Assembly (NCBI GenBank): GCA_964016885.1
Contig: OZ024744.1
Span: 128,898,001-128,962,000 of the forward strand
Direction: 5' to 3'
Length of the DNA stretch: 64,000 bases
Origin: Eledone cirrhosa
Taxonomy: Eukaryota
Made by a program: the position numbers and the translations under genes. This document shows, in pieces, positions 24,390-36,300 of the stretch (the first letter of the stretch is position 1; every line of letters begins with the position of its first letter). The notes below the pieces were generated by a model that saw only the letters and a program-made list of their open reading frames with translations, did not search any database and was not told where the DNA came from.

Positions 24390-27300
24390 TTTGGGTTGAG
24401 TTAAGTTGGGGTTAATTTAAGTTGGGGCTAAGTTAATTTGGGGTTAAGTTAAGTTGGGGTTAAATTAAGTTGGGGTTAAGTTAAGTTGGGGTTAAGTTAA
24501 GTTGGGGTTAAGTTAATTTGGGGTTAAGTGAAGTTAGGGTTAAGTTAAGTTGGGGCTGAGTTAAGTTGGGGGTAAGTTAAGTTGGGGTTATGTTAAGTTG
24601 GGGTTAAGTTAAGTTGGGGTTAAGTTAAGTTGGGGTTCAGTTAAGTTGCGGTTAAGTTAAGTTGGGGTTAAGTTAAGTTGGGGTTAAGTTAAGTTGGGGT
24701 TAATTTAAGTTGGGGTTAAGTTAAGTTGGGGTTAAGTTAATTTGTGGTTAAGTTAAGTTGGGGTTAAGTTAAGTTGGGGTTAAATTCAGTCGGGGTTAAG
24801 TTAAGTCGGGGTTAAGTTACGTTGGGGTTAAGTTAAGTTGGGGTTAAGTTAAGTTGGGGTTGAGTTAAGTTGGGGTTAAGTTAAGTTGGGGTTAAGTTAA
24901 GTTGGGGTTAAGTTAAGTTGGGGTTAAGTTAAGTTGGGGTTAATTTAAGTTGGGGTTAAGTTAAGTTGGGGTTAATTTAAGTTGGGGTTAAGTTAAGTTG
25001 GGGTTAAGTTAAGTTGGGGTAACGTTAAGTTGGGGGTAAGTTAAGTTGGGGTTAAGTTAAGTTGGGGTTAAGTTGGGGTTAAGTTAAGTTAGGGTTAACT
25101 TAAGTTGGGGTTGTGTTAAGTGGTGGTTATGTTAAGTGGTGGTTATGTTAAGTTGGGGTTAAGTTAAGTTGGGGTTAAGTTAAGTTGGGGTTAAGTTAAG
25201 TTGGGGTTAAGTTAATTAGGGTTAAGTTAAGTTGGGTTTAAGTTAAGTTGGGGTTAAGTTAATTTGTGGTTAAGTTAAGTTGGGGTTAAGTTAAGTTGGG
25301 GTTAAGTTAAGTTGGGGATAAGTTAAGTTGGGGATAAGTTAAGTTGGGGTTAATTAAGTTGGGTTTAAGTTAAGTTGGGGTTAAGTTAAGTCGGGGTTAA
25401 GTTAAGTTGGGGTTAAGTTAAGTTGGGGGCAAGATAAGTTGGGGTTAGTTAAGTTGCGGTTAAGTTAAGTTGGGGCTAAGTTAAGTTGGGGTTAAGTTAA
25501 GTTGGGGTTAAGTTAAGTTGGGGTTAATTTAAGTTGGGGTTAATTTAAGTTGGGGTAAAGTTAAGTTGGGGGTAAGTTAAGTTGGGGTTAAGTTAAGTTG
25601 GGGTTAAGTTGGGGTTAAGTTAAGTTAGGTTTAACTTAAGTTGGGGTTGTGTTAAGTGGTGGTTATGTTAAGTGGTGGTTATGTTAAGTTGGGGTTAAGT
25701 TAAGTTGGGGTTAAGTTAAATTGGGGTTAAGTTAAGTTGCGGTTAAGTTAAGTTGGGGTTAAGTTAAGTTGGGGTTAAGTTAATTAGGGTTAAGTTAATT
25801 TGGGGTTAAGTTAAGTTGGGGTTAAGTTAAGTTGGGGTTAAGTTAATTTGTGGTTAAGTTAAGTTGGGGTTAAGTTAAGTTGGGGTTAAGTTAAGTTGGG
25901 GATAAGTTAAGTTGAGGATAAGTTAAGTTGGGGTTAATTAAGTTGGGTTTAAGTTAAGTTGGGGTTAAGTTAAGTTGGGGTTAAGTTAAGTTGGGGTTAA
26001 GTTAAGTTGGTTAGTTAAGTTGAGTTTAAGTTAAGTTGGGGTTAATTTAAGTTGGGGTTAAGTTAAGTTGGGGTTAAGTTAATTTGGGGTTAAGTTAAGT
26101 TGGGGTTCAGTTAAGTTGGGGTTCAGTTAAGTTGGGGTTAAGTTGGGGTAAAATTAAGTTGGGGTTAAGTTAAGTTGCGGTTAAGTTAAAATGAGGTTAA
26201 GTTAAGTTGGGGTTAAGTTAAGTTGGGGCTAAGTTAAGTTGGGATTAAGTTAACTTTGGGTTAAGTTAAGTTGGGTTTGAGTTAAGTTGGGGTTAATTAA
26301 GTTGGGGTTAAGTTAAGTTGGGGTTAAGTTAAGTTGGGGTTAAGTTAAGTTGGGGTTAAGTTAAGTTGATGTTAAGTTAAGTTGGGGTTAATTTAAGTTG
26401 GGGTTAAGTTAAGTTGGGGCTAAGTTAAGTTGGGGTTAAGTTAATTAGGGTTAAGTTAAGTTGGGGTTAAGTTAAGTTGGGGTTAAGTTAAGTTGGGGTT
26501 AAGTTAATTTGTGGTTAAGTTAAGTTGGGGTTAAGTTAAGTTGGGGTTAAGTTAAGTTGGGGATAAGTTAAGTTGAGGATAAGTTAAGTTGGGGTTAATT
26601 AAGTTGGGTTTAAGTTAAGTTGGGGTTAAGTTAAGTTGGGGTTAAGTTAAGTTGGGGTTAAGTTAAGTTGGTTAGTTAAGTTGAGTTTAAGTTAAGTTGG
26701 GGTTAATTTAAGTTGGGGTTAAGTTAAGTTGGGGTTAAGTTAATTTGGGGTTAAGTTAAGTTGGGGTTCAGTTAAGTTGGGGTTAAGTTAAGTTGGGGTT
26801 AAGTTGGGGTAAAATTAAGTTGGGGTTAAGTTAAGTTGCGGTTAAGTTAAAATGAGGTTAAGTTAAGTTGGGGTTAAGTTAAGTTGGGGTTAAGTTAAGT
26901 TGGGGCTAAGTTAAGTTGGGGCTAAGTTAAGTTGGGGCTAAGTTAAGTTGGGGTTAAGTTAACTTTGGGTTAAGTTAAGTTGGGTTTGAGTTAAGTTGGG
27001 GTTAATTAAGTTGGGGTTAAGTTAAGTTGGGGTTAAGTTAAGTTGGGGTTAAGTTAAGTTGATGTTAAGTTAAGTTGGGGTTAATTTAAGTTGGGGTTAA
27101 GTTAAGTTGGGGCTAAGTTAAGTTGGAGCTAAGTTAAGTTGGGGCTAAGTTAAGTTGGGGTTAAGTTAAGTTGGGGTTAAGTTAAGGTGGGGTTAAGTTA
27201 AGTTGGGGTCAACTTAAGTTGGGGTTAAGTTAAGTTGGGGTTAACTTAAGTTGGGGTTAAGTTAAGTTGGGGTTAAGTTAAGTTGGGGTTACGTTAAGTT

Positions 27301-30300
27301 GGGGGTAAGTTAAGTTGGTGGTAAGTTAAGTTGGGGGTAAGTTAAGATGGGGTTAAGTTAGGGTTAAGTTAAGTTAGGGTTAAGTTAATTTGGGGTTGAG
27401 TTAAGTTGGGGTTAAGTTAAGTGGTGGTTATGTTAAGTTGGGGTTAAGTTAAGTTGGGGTTAATTTAAATTGGGGTTAATTTAAATTTGTTGTTAAGTTA
27501 AGTTGGGGTTAATTTAAGTTGGGGTTAAGTTAAGTTGGGGTTGAGTTAAGTTGGGGTTGAGTGAAGTTGGGGTTAAGTTAAGTTGGGGTTAAGTTAAGTT
27601 GGGGTTGAGTTAAGTTGGGGTTAATTTAAGTTGGGGCTAAGTTCATTTGGGGTTCAGTTAAGTTGGGGTTAAATTAAGTTGGGGTTAAGTTAAGTTGGGG
27701 TTAAATTAAGTTGGGGTTAAGTTAATTTGGGGTTAAGTGAAGTTAGGGTTAAGTTAAGTTGGGGTTGAGTTAAGTTGGGGGTAAGTTAAGTTGGGGTTAT
27801 GTTAAGTTGGGGTTACGTTAAGTTGGGTTTAAGTTAAGTTGGGGTTAAGTTAAGTTGGGGTTAAGTTAAGTTGGGGTTAATTTAAGTTGGGGTTAAGTTA
27901 AGTTGGGATTAATTTAAGTTGGGGTTAAGTTAAGTTGGGGTTAAGTTAAGTTGGGGTTAAATTAAGTTGGGGTTAAGTTAAGTTGGGGTTAAGTTAAGTT
28001 GGGGTTAAGTTAATTTGGGGTTAAGTTAAGTTAGGGTAAAGTTAAGTTGGGGTTGAGTTAAGTTGGGGTAAGTTAAGTTGGGGTTAAGTTAAGTTGGGGT
28101 TAAGTTAAGTTGGGGTTAAGTTAAGTTAGGCTTAACTTAAGTTGGGGTTAAGTTAAGTTGGGGGTGAGTTAAGTTGGGGGTAAGTTAAGTTGGGGTTAAG
28201 TTAAGTTGGGGTTAAGTTGGGGTTAAGTTAAGTTAGGGTTAAGTTAATTTGGGGTTGAGTTAAGTTGGGGTTAAGTTAAGTGGTGGTTATGTTAAGTTGG
28301 GGTTAAGTTAAGTCGGGGTTAATTTAAATTGGGGTTAATTTAAATTTGTTGTTAAGTTAAGTTGGGGTTAATTTAAGTTGGGGTTAAGTTAAGTTGGGGT
28401 TGAGTTAAGTTGTGGTTGAGTGAAGTTGGGGTTAAGTTAAGTTGGGGTTAAATTAAGTTGGGGTTAAGTTAAGTTGGGGTTGAGTTAAGTTGGGGTTAAT
28501 TTAAGTTGGGGCTAAGTTAATTTGGGGTTAAGTTAAGTTGGGGTTAAATTAAGTTGGGGTTAAGTTAAGTTGGGGTTAAGTTAAGTTGGGGTTAAGTTAA
28601 TTTGGGGTTAAGTGAAGTTAGGGTTAAGTTAAGTTGGGGCTGAGTTAAGTTGGGGGTAAGTTAAGTTGGGGTTATGTTAAGTTGGGGTTAAGTTAAGTTG
28701 GGGTTAAGTTAAGTTGGGGTTCAGTTAAGTTGCCGTTAAGTTAAGTTGGGGTTAAGTTAAGTTGGGGTTAAGTTAAGTTGGGGTTAATTTAAGTTGGGGT
28801 TAATTTAAGTTGGGGTTAATTTAAGTTGGGGTTAAGTTAAGTTGGGGTAACGTTAAGTTGGGGGTAAGTTAAGTTGGGGTTAAGTTAAGTTGGGGTTAAG
28901 TTAAGTTAGAGTTAACTTAAGTTGGGGTTGTGTTAAGTGGTGGTTATGTTAAGTGGTGGTTATGTTAAGTTGGGGTTAAGTTAAGTTGGGGTTAAGTTAA
29001 GTTGGGGTTAAGTTAAGTTGGGGTTAAGTTAATTAGGGTTAAGTTAAGTTGGGTTTAAGTTAAGTTGGGGTTAAGTTAATTTGTGGTTAAGTTAAGTTGG
29101 GGTTAAGTTAAGTTGGGGTTAAGTTAAGTTGGGGATAAGTTAAGTTGGGGATAAGTTAAGTTGGGGTTAATTAAGTTGGGTTTAAGTTAAGTTGGGGTTA
29201 AGTTAAGTCGGGGTTAAGTTAAGTTGGGGTTAAGTTAAGTTGGGGGTAAGATAAGTTGGGGTTAGTTAAGTTGCGGTTAAGTTAAGTTGGGGTTAAGTTA
29301 AGTTGGGGTTAAGTTAAGTTGGGGTTAAGTTAAGTTGGGGTTAATTTAAGTTGGGGTTAATTTAAGTTGGGGTAAAGTTAAGTTGGGGGTAAGTTAAGTT
29401 GGGGTTAAGTTAAGTTGGGGTTAAGTTGGGGTTAAGTTAAGTTAGGGTTAACTTAAGTTGGGGTTGTGTTAAGTGGTGGTTATGTTAAGTGGTGGTTATG
29501 TTAAGTTGGGGTTAAGTTAAGTTGGGGTTAAGTTAAATTGGGGTTAAGTTAAGTTGCGGTTAAGTTAAGTTGGGGTTAAGTTAAGTTGGGGTTAAGTTAA
29601 TTAGGGTTAAGTTAAATTGGGGTTAAGTTAAGTTGGGGTTAAGTTAAGTTGGGGTTAAGTTAATTTGTGGTTAAGTTAAGTTGGGGTTAAGTTAAGTTGG
29701 GGTTAAGTTAAGTTGGGGATAAGTTAAGTTGAGGATAAGTTAAGTTGGGGTTAATTAAGTTGGGTTTAAGTTAAGTTGGGGTTAAGTTAAGTTGGGGTTA
29801 AGTTAAGTTGGGGTTAAGTTAAGTTGGTTAGTTAAGTTGAGTTTAAGTTAAGTTGGGGTTAATTTAAGTTGGGGTTAAGTTAAGTTGGGGTTAAGTTAAT
29901 TTGGGGTTAAGTTAAGTTGGGGTTCAGTTAAGTTGGGGTTAAGTTAAGTTGGGGTTAAGTTGGGGTAAAATTAAGTTGGGGTTAAGTTAAGTTGCGGTTA
30001 AGTTAAAATGAGGTTAAGTTAAGTTGGGGTTAAGTTAAGTTGGGGTTAAGTTAAGTTGGGGCTAAGTTAAGTTGGGGCTAAGTTAAGTTGGGGCTAAGTT
30101 AAGTTGGGATTAAGTTAACTTTGGGTTAAGTTAAGTTGGGTTTGAGTTAAGTTGGGGTTAATTAAGTTGGGGTTAAGTTAAGTTGGGGTTAAGTTAAGTT
30201 GGGGTTAAGTTAAGTTGGGGTTAAGTTAAGTTGATGTTAAGTTAAGTTGGGGTTAATTTAAGTTGGGGTTAAGTTAAGTTGGGGCTAAGTTAAGTTGGGG

Positions 30301-33300
30301 TTAAGTTAATTAGGGTTAAGTTAAGTTGGGGTTAAGTTAAGTTGGGGTTAAGTTAAGTTGGGGTTAAGTTAATTTGTGGTTAAGTTAAGTTGGGGTTAAG
30401 TTAAGTTGGGGTTAAGTTAAGTTGGGGATAAGTTAAGTTTAGGATAAGTTAAGTTGGGGTTAATTAAGTTGGGTTTAAGTTAAGTTGGGGTTAAGTTAAG
30501 TTGGGGTTAAGTTAAGTTGGGGTTAAGTTAAGTTGGTTAGTTAAGTTGAGTTTAAGTTAAGTTGGGGTTAATTTAAGTTGGGGTTAAGTTAAGTTGGGGT
30601 TAAGTTAATTTGGGGTTAAGTTAAGTTGGGGTTCAGTTAAGTTGGGGTTAAGTTAAGTTGGGGTTAAGTTGGGGTAAAATTAAGTTGGGGTTAAGTTAAG
30701 TTGCGGTTAAGTTAAAATGAGGTTAAGTTAAGTTGGGGTTAAGTTAAGTTGGGGTTAAGTTAAGTTGGGGCTAAGTTAAGTTGGGGCTAAGTTAAGTTGG
30801 GGCTAAGTTAAGTTGGGGTTAAGTTAACTTTGGGTTAAGTTAAGTTGGGTTTGAGTTAAGTTGGGGTTAATTAAGTTGGGGTTAAGTTAAGTTGGGGTTA
30901 AGTTAAGTTGGGGTTAAGTTAAGTTGGGGTTAAGTTAAGTTGATGTTAAGTTAAGTTGGGGTTAATTTAAGTTGGGGTTAAGTTAAGTTGGGGCTAAGTT
31001 AAGTTGGAGCTAAGTTAAGTTGGGGCTAAGTTAAGTTGGGGTTAAGTTAAGTTGGGGTTAAGTTAAGGTGGGGTTAAGTTAAGTTGGGGTCAACTTAAGT
31101 TGGGGTTAAGTTAAGTTGGGGTTAACTTAAGTTGGGGTTAAGTTAAGTTGGGGTTAAGTTAAGTTGGGGTTAAGTTAAGTTGGGGTTACGTTAAGTTGGG
31201 GGTAAGTTAAGTTGGTGGTAAGTTAAGTTGGGGGTAAGTTAAGATGGGGTTAAGTTAGGGTTAAGTTAAGTTAGGGTTAAGTTAAGTTGGGGGTAAGATA
31301 AGTTGGGGTTAGTTAAGTTGGGGTTAAGTAAAGTTGGGGTTCAGTTAAGTTGGGGTTAAGTTAAGTTAGGCTTAACTTAAGTTGGGGTTAAGTTAAGTTG
31401 GGGGTGAGTTAAGTTGGGGGTAAGTTAAGTTGGGGTTAAGTTAAGTTGGGGTTAAGTTGGGGTTAAGTTAATTTAGGGTTAAGTTAAGTTGGGGTTGAGT
31501 TAAGTTGGGGTTAAGTTAAGTGGTGGTTATGTTAAGTTGGGGTTAAGTTAAGTTGGGGTTAATTTAAATTGGGGTTAATTTAACTTTGTGGTTAAGTTAA
31601 TTTGGGGTTAATTTAAGTTGGGGTTAAGTTAAGTTGGGGTTAATTTAATTTGTGGTTAAGTTAAGTTGGGGTTAAGTTAAGTTGGCGTTGAGTTAATTGG
31701 GGTTAAGTTAAGTTGGGGTTAAAATAAGTTGGGGTTAAGTTAAGTTGGGGTTGGGTTAAGTTGGGGTTGAGTTAATTTGGGGTTAAGTTAAGTTGGGGTT
31801 AACTTAAGTTGGTTTTAATTTAAGTTGGGATTAAGTTAAGTTGGGGTTATAATTAAGTTGGGGTTAAGTTAAGTTGGGGGTAAGATAAGTTGGGGTTAGT
31901 TAAGTTGCGGTTAAGTTAAGTTGGGGTTAAGTTAAGTTGGGGTTAAGTTAAGTTGGGGTTAAGTTAAGTTGGGGTTAATTTAAGTTGGGGTTAATTTAAG
32001 TTGGGGTAAAGTTAAGTTGGGGGTAAGTTAAGTTGGGGTTAAGTTAAGTTGGGGTTAAGTTGGGGTTAAGTTAAGTTAGGGTTAACTTAAGTTGGGGTTG
32101 TGTTAAGTGGTAGTTATGTTAAGTGGTGGTTATGTTAAGTTGGGGTTAAGTTAAGTTGGGGTTAAGTTAAATTGGGGTTAAGTTAAGTTGCGTTTAAGTT
32201 AAGTTGGGGTTAAGTTAAGTTGGGGTTAAGTTAATTAGGGTTAAGTTAAGTTGGGGTTAAGTTAAGTTGGGGTTAAGTTAAGTTGGGGTTAAGTTAATTT
32301 GTGGTTAAGTTAAGTTGGGGTTAAGTTAAGTTGGGGTTAAGTTAAGTTGGGGATAAGTTAAGTTGAGGATAAGTTAAGTTGGGGTTAATTAAGTTGGGTT
32401 TAAGTTAAGTTGGGGTTAAGTTAAGTTGGGGTTAAGTTAAGTTGGGGTTAAGTTAAGTTGGTTAGTTAAGTTGAGTTTAAGTTAAGTTGGGGTTAATTTA
32501 AGTTGGGGTTAAGTTAAGTTGGGGTTAAGTTAATTTGGGGTTAAGTTAAGTTGGGGTTCAGTTAAGTTGGGGTTCAGTTAAGTTGGGGTTAAGTTGGGGT
32601 AAAATTAAGTTGGGGTTAAGTTAAGTTGCGGTTAAGTTAAAATGAGGTTAAGTTAAGTTGGGGTTAAGTTAAGTTGGGGTTAAGTTAAGTTCGGGCTAAG
32701 TTAAGTTGGGGCTAAGTTAAGTTGGGGCTAAGTTAAGTTGGGATTAAGTTAACTTTGGGTTAAGTTAAGTTGGGTTTGAGTTAAGTTGGGGTTAATTAAG
32801 TTGGGGTTAAGTTAAGTTGGGGTTAAGTTAAGTTGGGGTTAAGTTAAGTTGATGTTAAGTTAAGTTGGGGTTAATTTAAGTTGGGGTTAAGTTAAGTTGG
32901 GGCTAAGTTAAGTTGGGGTTAAGTTAATTAGGGTTAAGTTAAGTTGGGGTTAAGTTAATTTGGGGTTAAGTTAAGTTGGGGTTAAGTTAAGTTGGGGATA
33001 AGTTAAGTTGAGGATAAGTTAAGTTGGGGTTAATTAAGTTGGGTTTAAGTTAAGTTGGGGTTAAGTTAAGTTGGGGTTAAGTTAAGTTGGGGTTAAGTTA
33101 AGTTGGTTAGTTAAGTTGAGTTTAAGTTAAGTTGGGGTTAATTTAAGTTGGGGTTAAGTTAAGTTGGGGTTAAGTTAATTTGGGGTTAAGTTAAGTTGGG
33201 GTTCAGTTAAGTTGGGGTTAAGTTAAGTTGGGGTTAAGTTGGGGTAAAATTAAGTTGGGGTTAAGTTAAGTTGCGGTTAAGTTAAAATGAGGTTAAGTTA

Positions 33301-36300
33301 AGTTGGGGTTAAGTTAAGTTCGGGTTAAGTTAAGTTGGGGCTAAGTTAAGTTGGGGCTAAGTTAAGTTGGGGCTAAGTTAAGTTGGGGTTAAGTTAACTT
33401 TGGGTTAAGTTAGGTTGGGTTTGAGTTAAGTTGGGGTTAATTAAGTTGGGGTTAAGTTAAGTTGGGGTTAAGTTAAGTTGGGGTTAAGTTAAGTTGGGGT
33501 TAAGTTAAGTTGATGTTAAGTTAAGTTGGGGTTAATTTAAGTTGGGGTTAAGTTAAGTTGGGGCTAAGTTAAGTTGGAGCTAAGTTAAGTTGGGGCTAAG
33601 TTAAGTTGGGGTTAAGTTAAGTTGGGGTTAAGTTAAGGTGGGGTTAAGTTAAGTTGGGGTCAACTTAAGTTGGGGTTAAGTTAAGTTGGGGTTAACTTAA
33701 GTTGGGGTTAAGTTAAGTTGGGGTTAAGTTAAGTTGGGGTTAAGTTAAGTTGGGGTTACGTTAAGTTGGGGGTAAGTTAAGTTGGTGGTAAGTTAAGTTG
33801 GGGGTAAGTTAAGATGGGGTTAAGTTAGGGTTAAGTTAAGTTAGGGTTAAGTTAATTTGGGGTTGAGTTAAGTTGGGGTTAAGTTAAGTGGTGGTTATGT
33901 TAAGTTGGGGTTAAGTTAAGTTGGGGTTAATTTAAATTGGGGTTAATTTAAATTTGTTGTTAAGTTAAGTTGGGGTTAATTTAAGTTGGGGTTAAGTTAA
34001 GTTGGGGTTGAGTTAAGTTGGGGTTGAGTGAAGTTGGGGTTAAGTTAAGTTGGGGTTAAGTTAAGTTGGGGTTGAGTTAAGTTGGGGTTAATTTAAGTTG
34101 GGGCTAAGTTCATTTGGGGTTCAGTTAAGTTGGGGTTAAATTAAGTTGGGGTTAAGTTAAGTTGGGGTTAAATTAAGTTGGGGTTAAGTTAAGTTGGGGT
34201 TAAGTTAAGTTGGGGTTAAGTTAATTTGGGGTTAAGTGAAGTTAGGGTTAAGTTAAGTTGGGGTTGAGTTAAGTTGGGGTTAAGTTAAGTTAGGGTTAAT
34301 TTAAGTTGGGGTTAAGTTAAGTTGGGATTAATATAAGTTGGGGTTAAGTTAAGTTGGGGTTAAGTTAAGTTGGGGTTAAATTAAGTTGGGGTTAAGTTAA
34401 GTTGGGGTTAAGTTAAGTTGGGGTTAAGTTAATTTGGGGTTAAGTTAAGTTAGGGTAAATTTAAGTTGGGGTTGAGTTAAGTTGGGGTAAGTTAAGTTGG
34501 GGTTAAGTTAAGTTGGGGTTAAGTTAAGTTGGGGTTAAGTTAAGTTAGGCTTAACTTAAGTTGGGGTTAAGTTAAGTTGGGGGTGAGTTAAGTTGGGGGT
34601 AAGTTAAGTTGGGGTTAAGTTAAGTTGGGGTTAAGTTGGGGTTAAGTTAAGTTAGGGTTAAGTTAATTTGGGGTTGAGTTAAGTTGGGGTTAAGTTAAGT
34701 GGTGGTTATGTTAAGTTGGGGTTAAGTTAAGTTGGGGTTAATTTAAATTGGGGTTAATTTAAATTTGTTGTTAAGTTAAGTTGGGGTTAATTTAAGTTGG
34801 GGTTAAGTTAAGTTGGGGTTGAGTTAAGTTGTGGTTGAGTGAAGTTGGGGTTAAGTTAAGTTGGGGTTAAATTAAGTTGGGGTTAAGTTAAGTTTGGGTT
34901 GAGTTAAGTTGGGGTTAATTTAAGTTGGGGCTAAGTTAATTTGGGGTTAAGTTAAGTTGGGGTTAAATTAAGTTGGGGTTAAGTTAAGTTGGGGTTAAGT
35001 TAAGTTGGGGTTAAGTTAATTTGGGGTTAAGTGAAGTTAGGGTTAAGTTAAGTTGGGGCTGAGTTAAGTTGGGGGTAAGTTAAGTTGGGGTTATGTTAAG
35101 TTGGGGTTAAGTTAAGTTGGGGTTAAGTTAAGTTGGGGTTCAGTTAAGTTGCGGTTAAGTTAAGTTGGGGTTAAGTTAAGTTGGGGTTAAGTTAAGTTGG
35201 GGTTAATTTAAGTTGGGGTTAAGTTAAGTTGGGGTTAAGTTAATTTGTGGTTAAGTTAAGTTGGGGTTAAGTTAAGTTGGGGTTAAATTCAGTCGGGGTT
35301 AAGTTAAGTCGGGGTTAAGTTACGTTGGGGTTAAGTTAAGTTGGGGTTAAGTTAAGTTGGGGTTGAGTTAAGTTGGGGTTAAGTTAAGTTGGGGTTAAGT
35401 TAAGTTGGGGTTAAGTTAAGTTGGGGTTAAGTTAAGTTGGGGTTAATTTAAGTTGGGGTTAAGTTAAGTTGGGGTTAATTTAAGTTGGGGTTAAGTTAAG
35501 TTGGGGTTAAGTTAAGTTGGGGTAACGTTAAGTTGGGGGTAAGTTAAGTTGGGGTTAAGTTAAGTTGGGGTTAAGTTGGGGTTAAGTTAAGTTAGGGTTA
35601 ACTTAAGTTGGGGTTGTGTTAAGTGGTGGTTATGTTAAGTGGTGGTTATGTTAAGTTGGGGTTAAGTTAAGTTGGGGTTAAGTTAAGTTGGGGTTAAGTT
35701 AAGTTGGGGTTAAGTTAATTAGGGTTAAGTTAAGTTGGGTTTAAGTTAAGTTGGGGTTAAGTTAATTTGTGGTTAAGTTAAGTTGGGGTTAAGTTAAGTT
35801 GGGGTTAAGTTAAGTTGGGGATAATTTAAGTTGGGGATAAGTTAAGTTGGGGTTAATTAAGTTGGGTTTAAGTTAAGTTGGGGTTAAGTTAAGTCGGGGT
35901 TAAGTTAAGTTGGGGTTAAGTTAAGTTGGGGGTAAGATAAGTTGGGGTTAGTTAAGTTGCGGTTAAGTTAAGTTGGGGCTAAGTTAAGTTGGGGTTAAGT
36001 TAAGTTGGGGTTAAGTTAAGTTGGGGTTAATTTAAGTTGGGGTTAATTTAAGTTGGGGTAAAGTTAAGTTGGGGGTAAGTTAAGTTGGGGTTAAGTTAAG
36101 TTGCGGTTAAGTTGGGGTTAAGTTAAGTTAGGTTTAACTTAAGTTGGGGTTGTGTTAAGTGGTGGTTATGTTAAGTGGTGGTTATGTTAAGTTGGGGTTA
36201 AGTTAAGTTGGGGTTAAGTTAAATTGGGGTTAAGTTAAGTTGCGGTTAAGTTAAGTTGGGGTTAAGTTAAGTTGGGGTTAAGTTAATTAGGGTTAAGTTA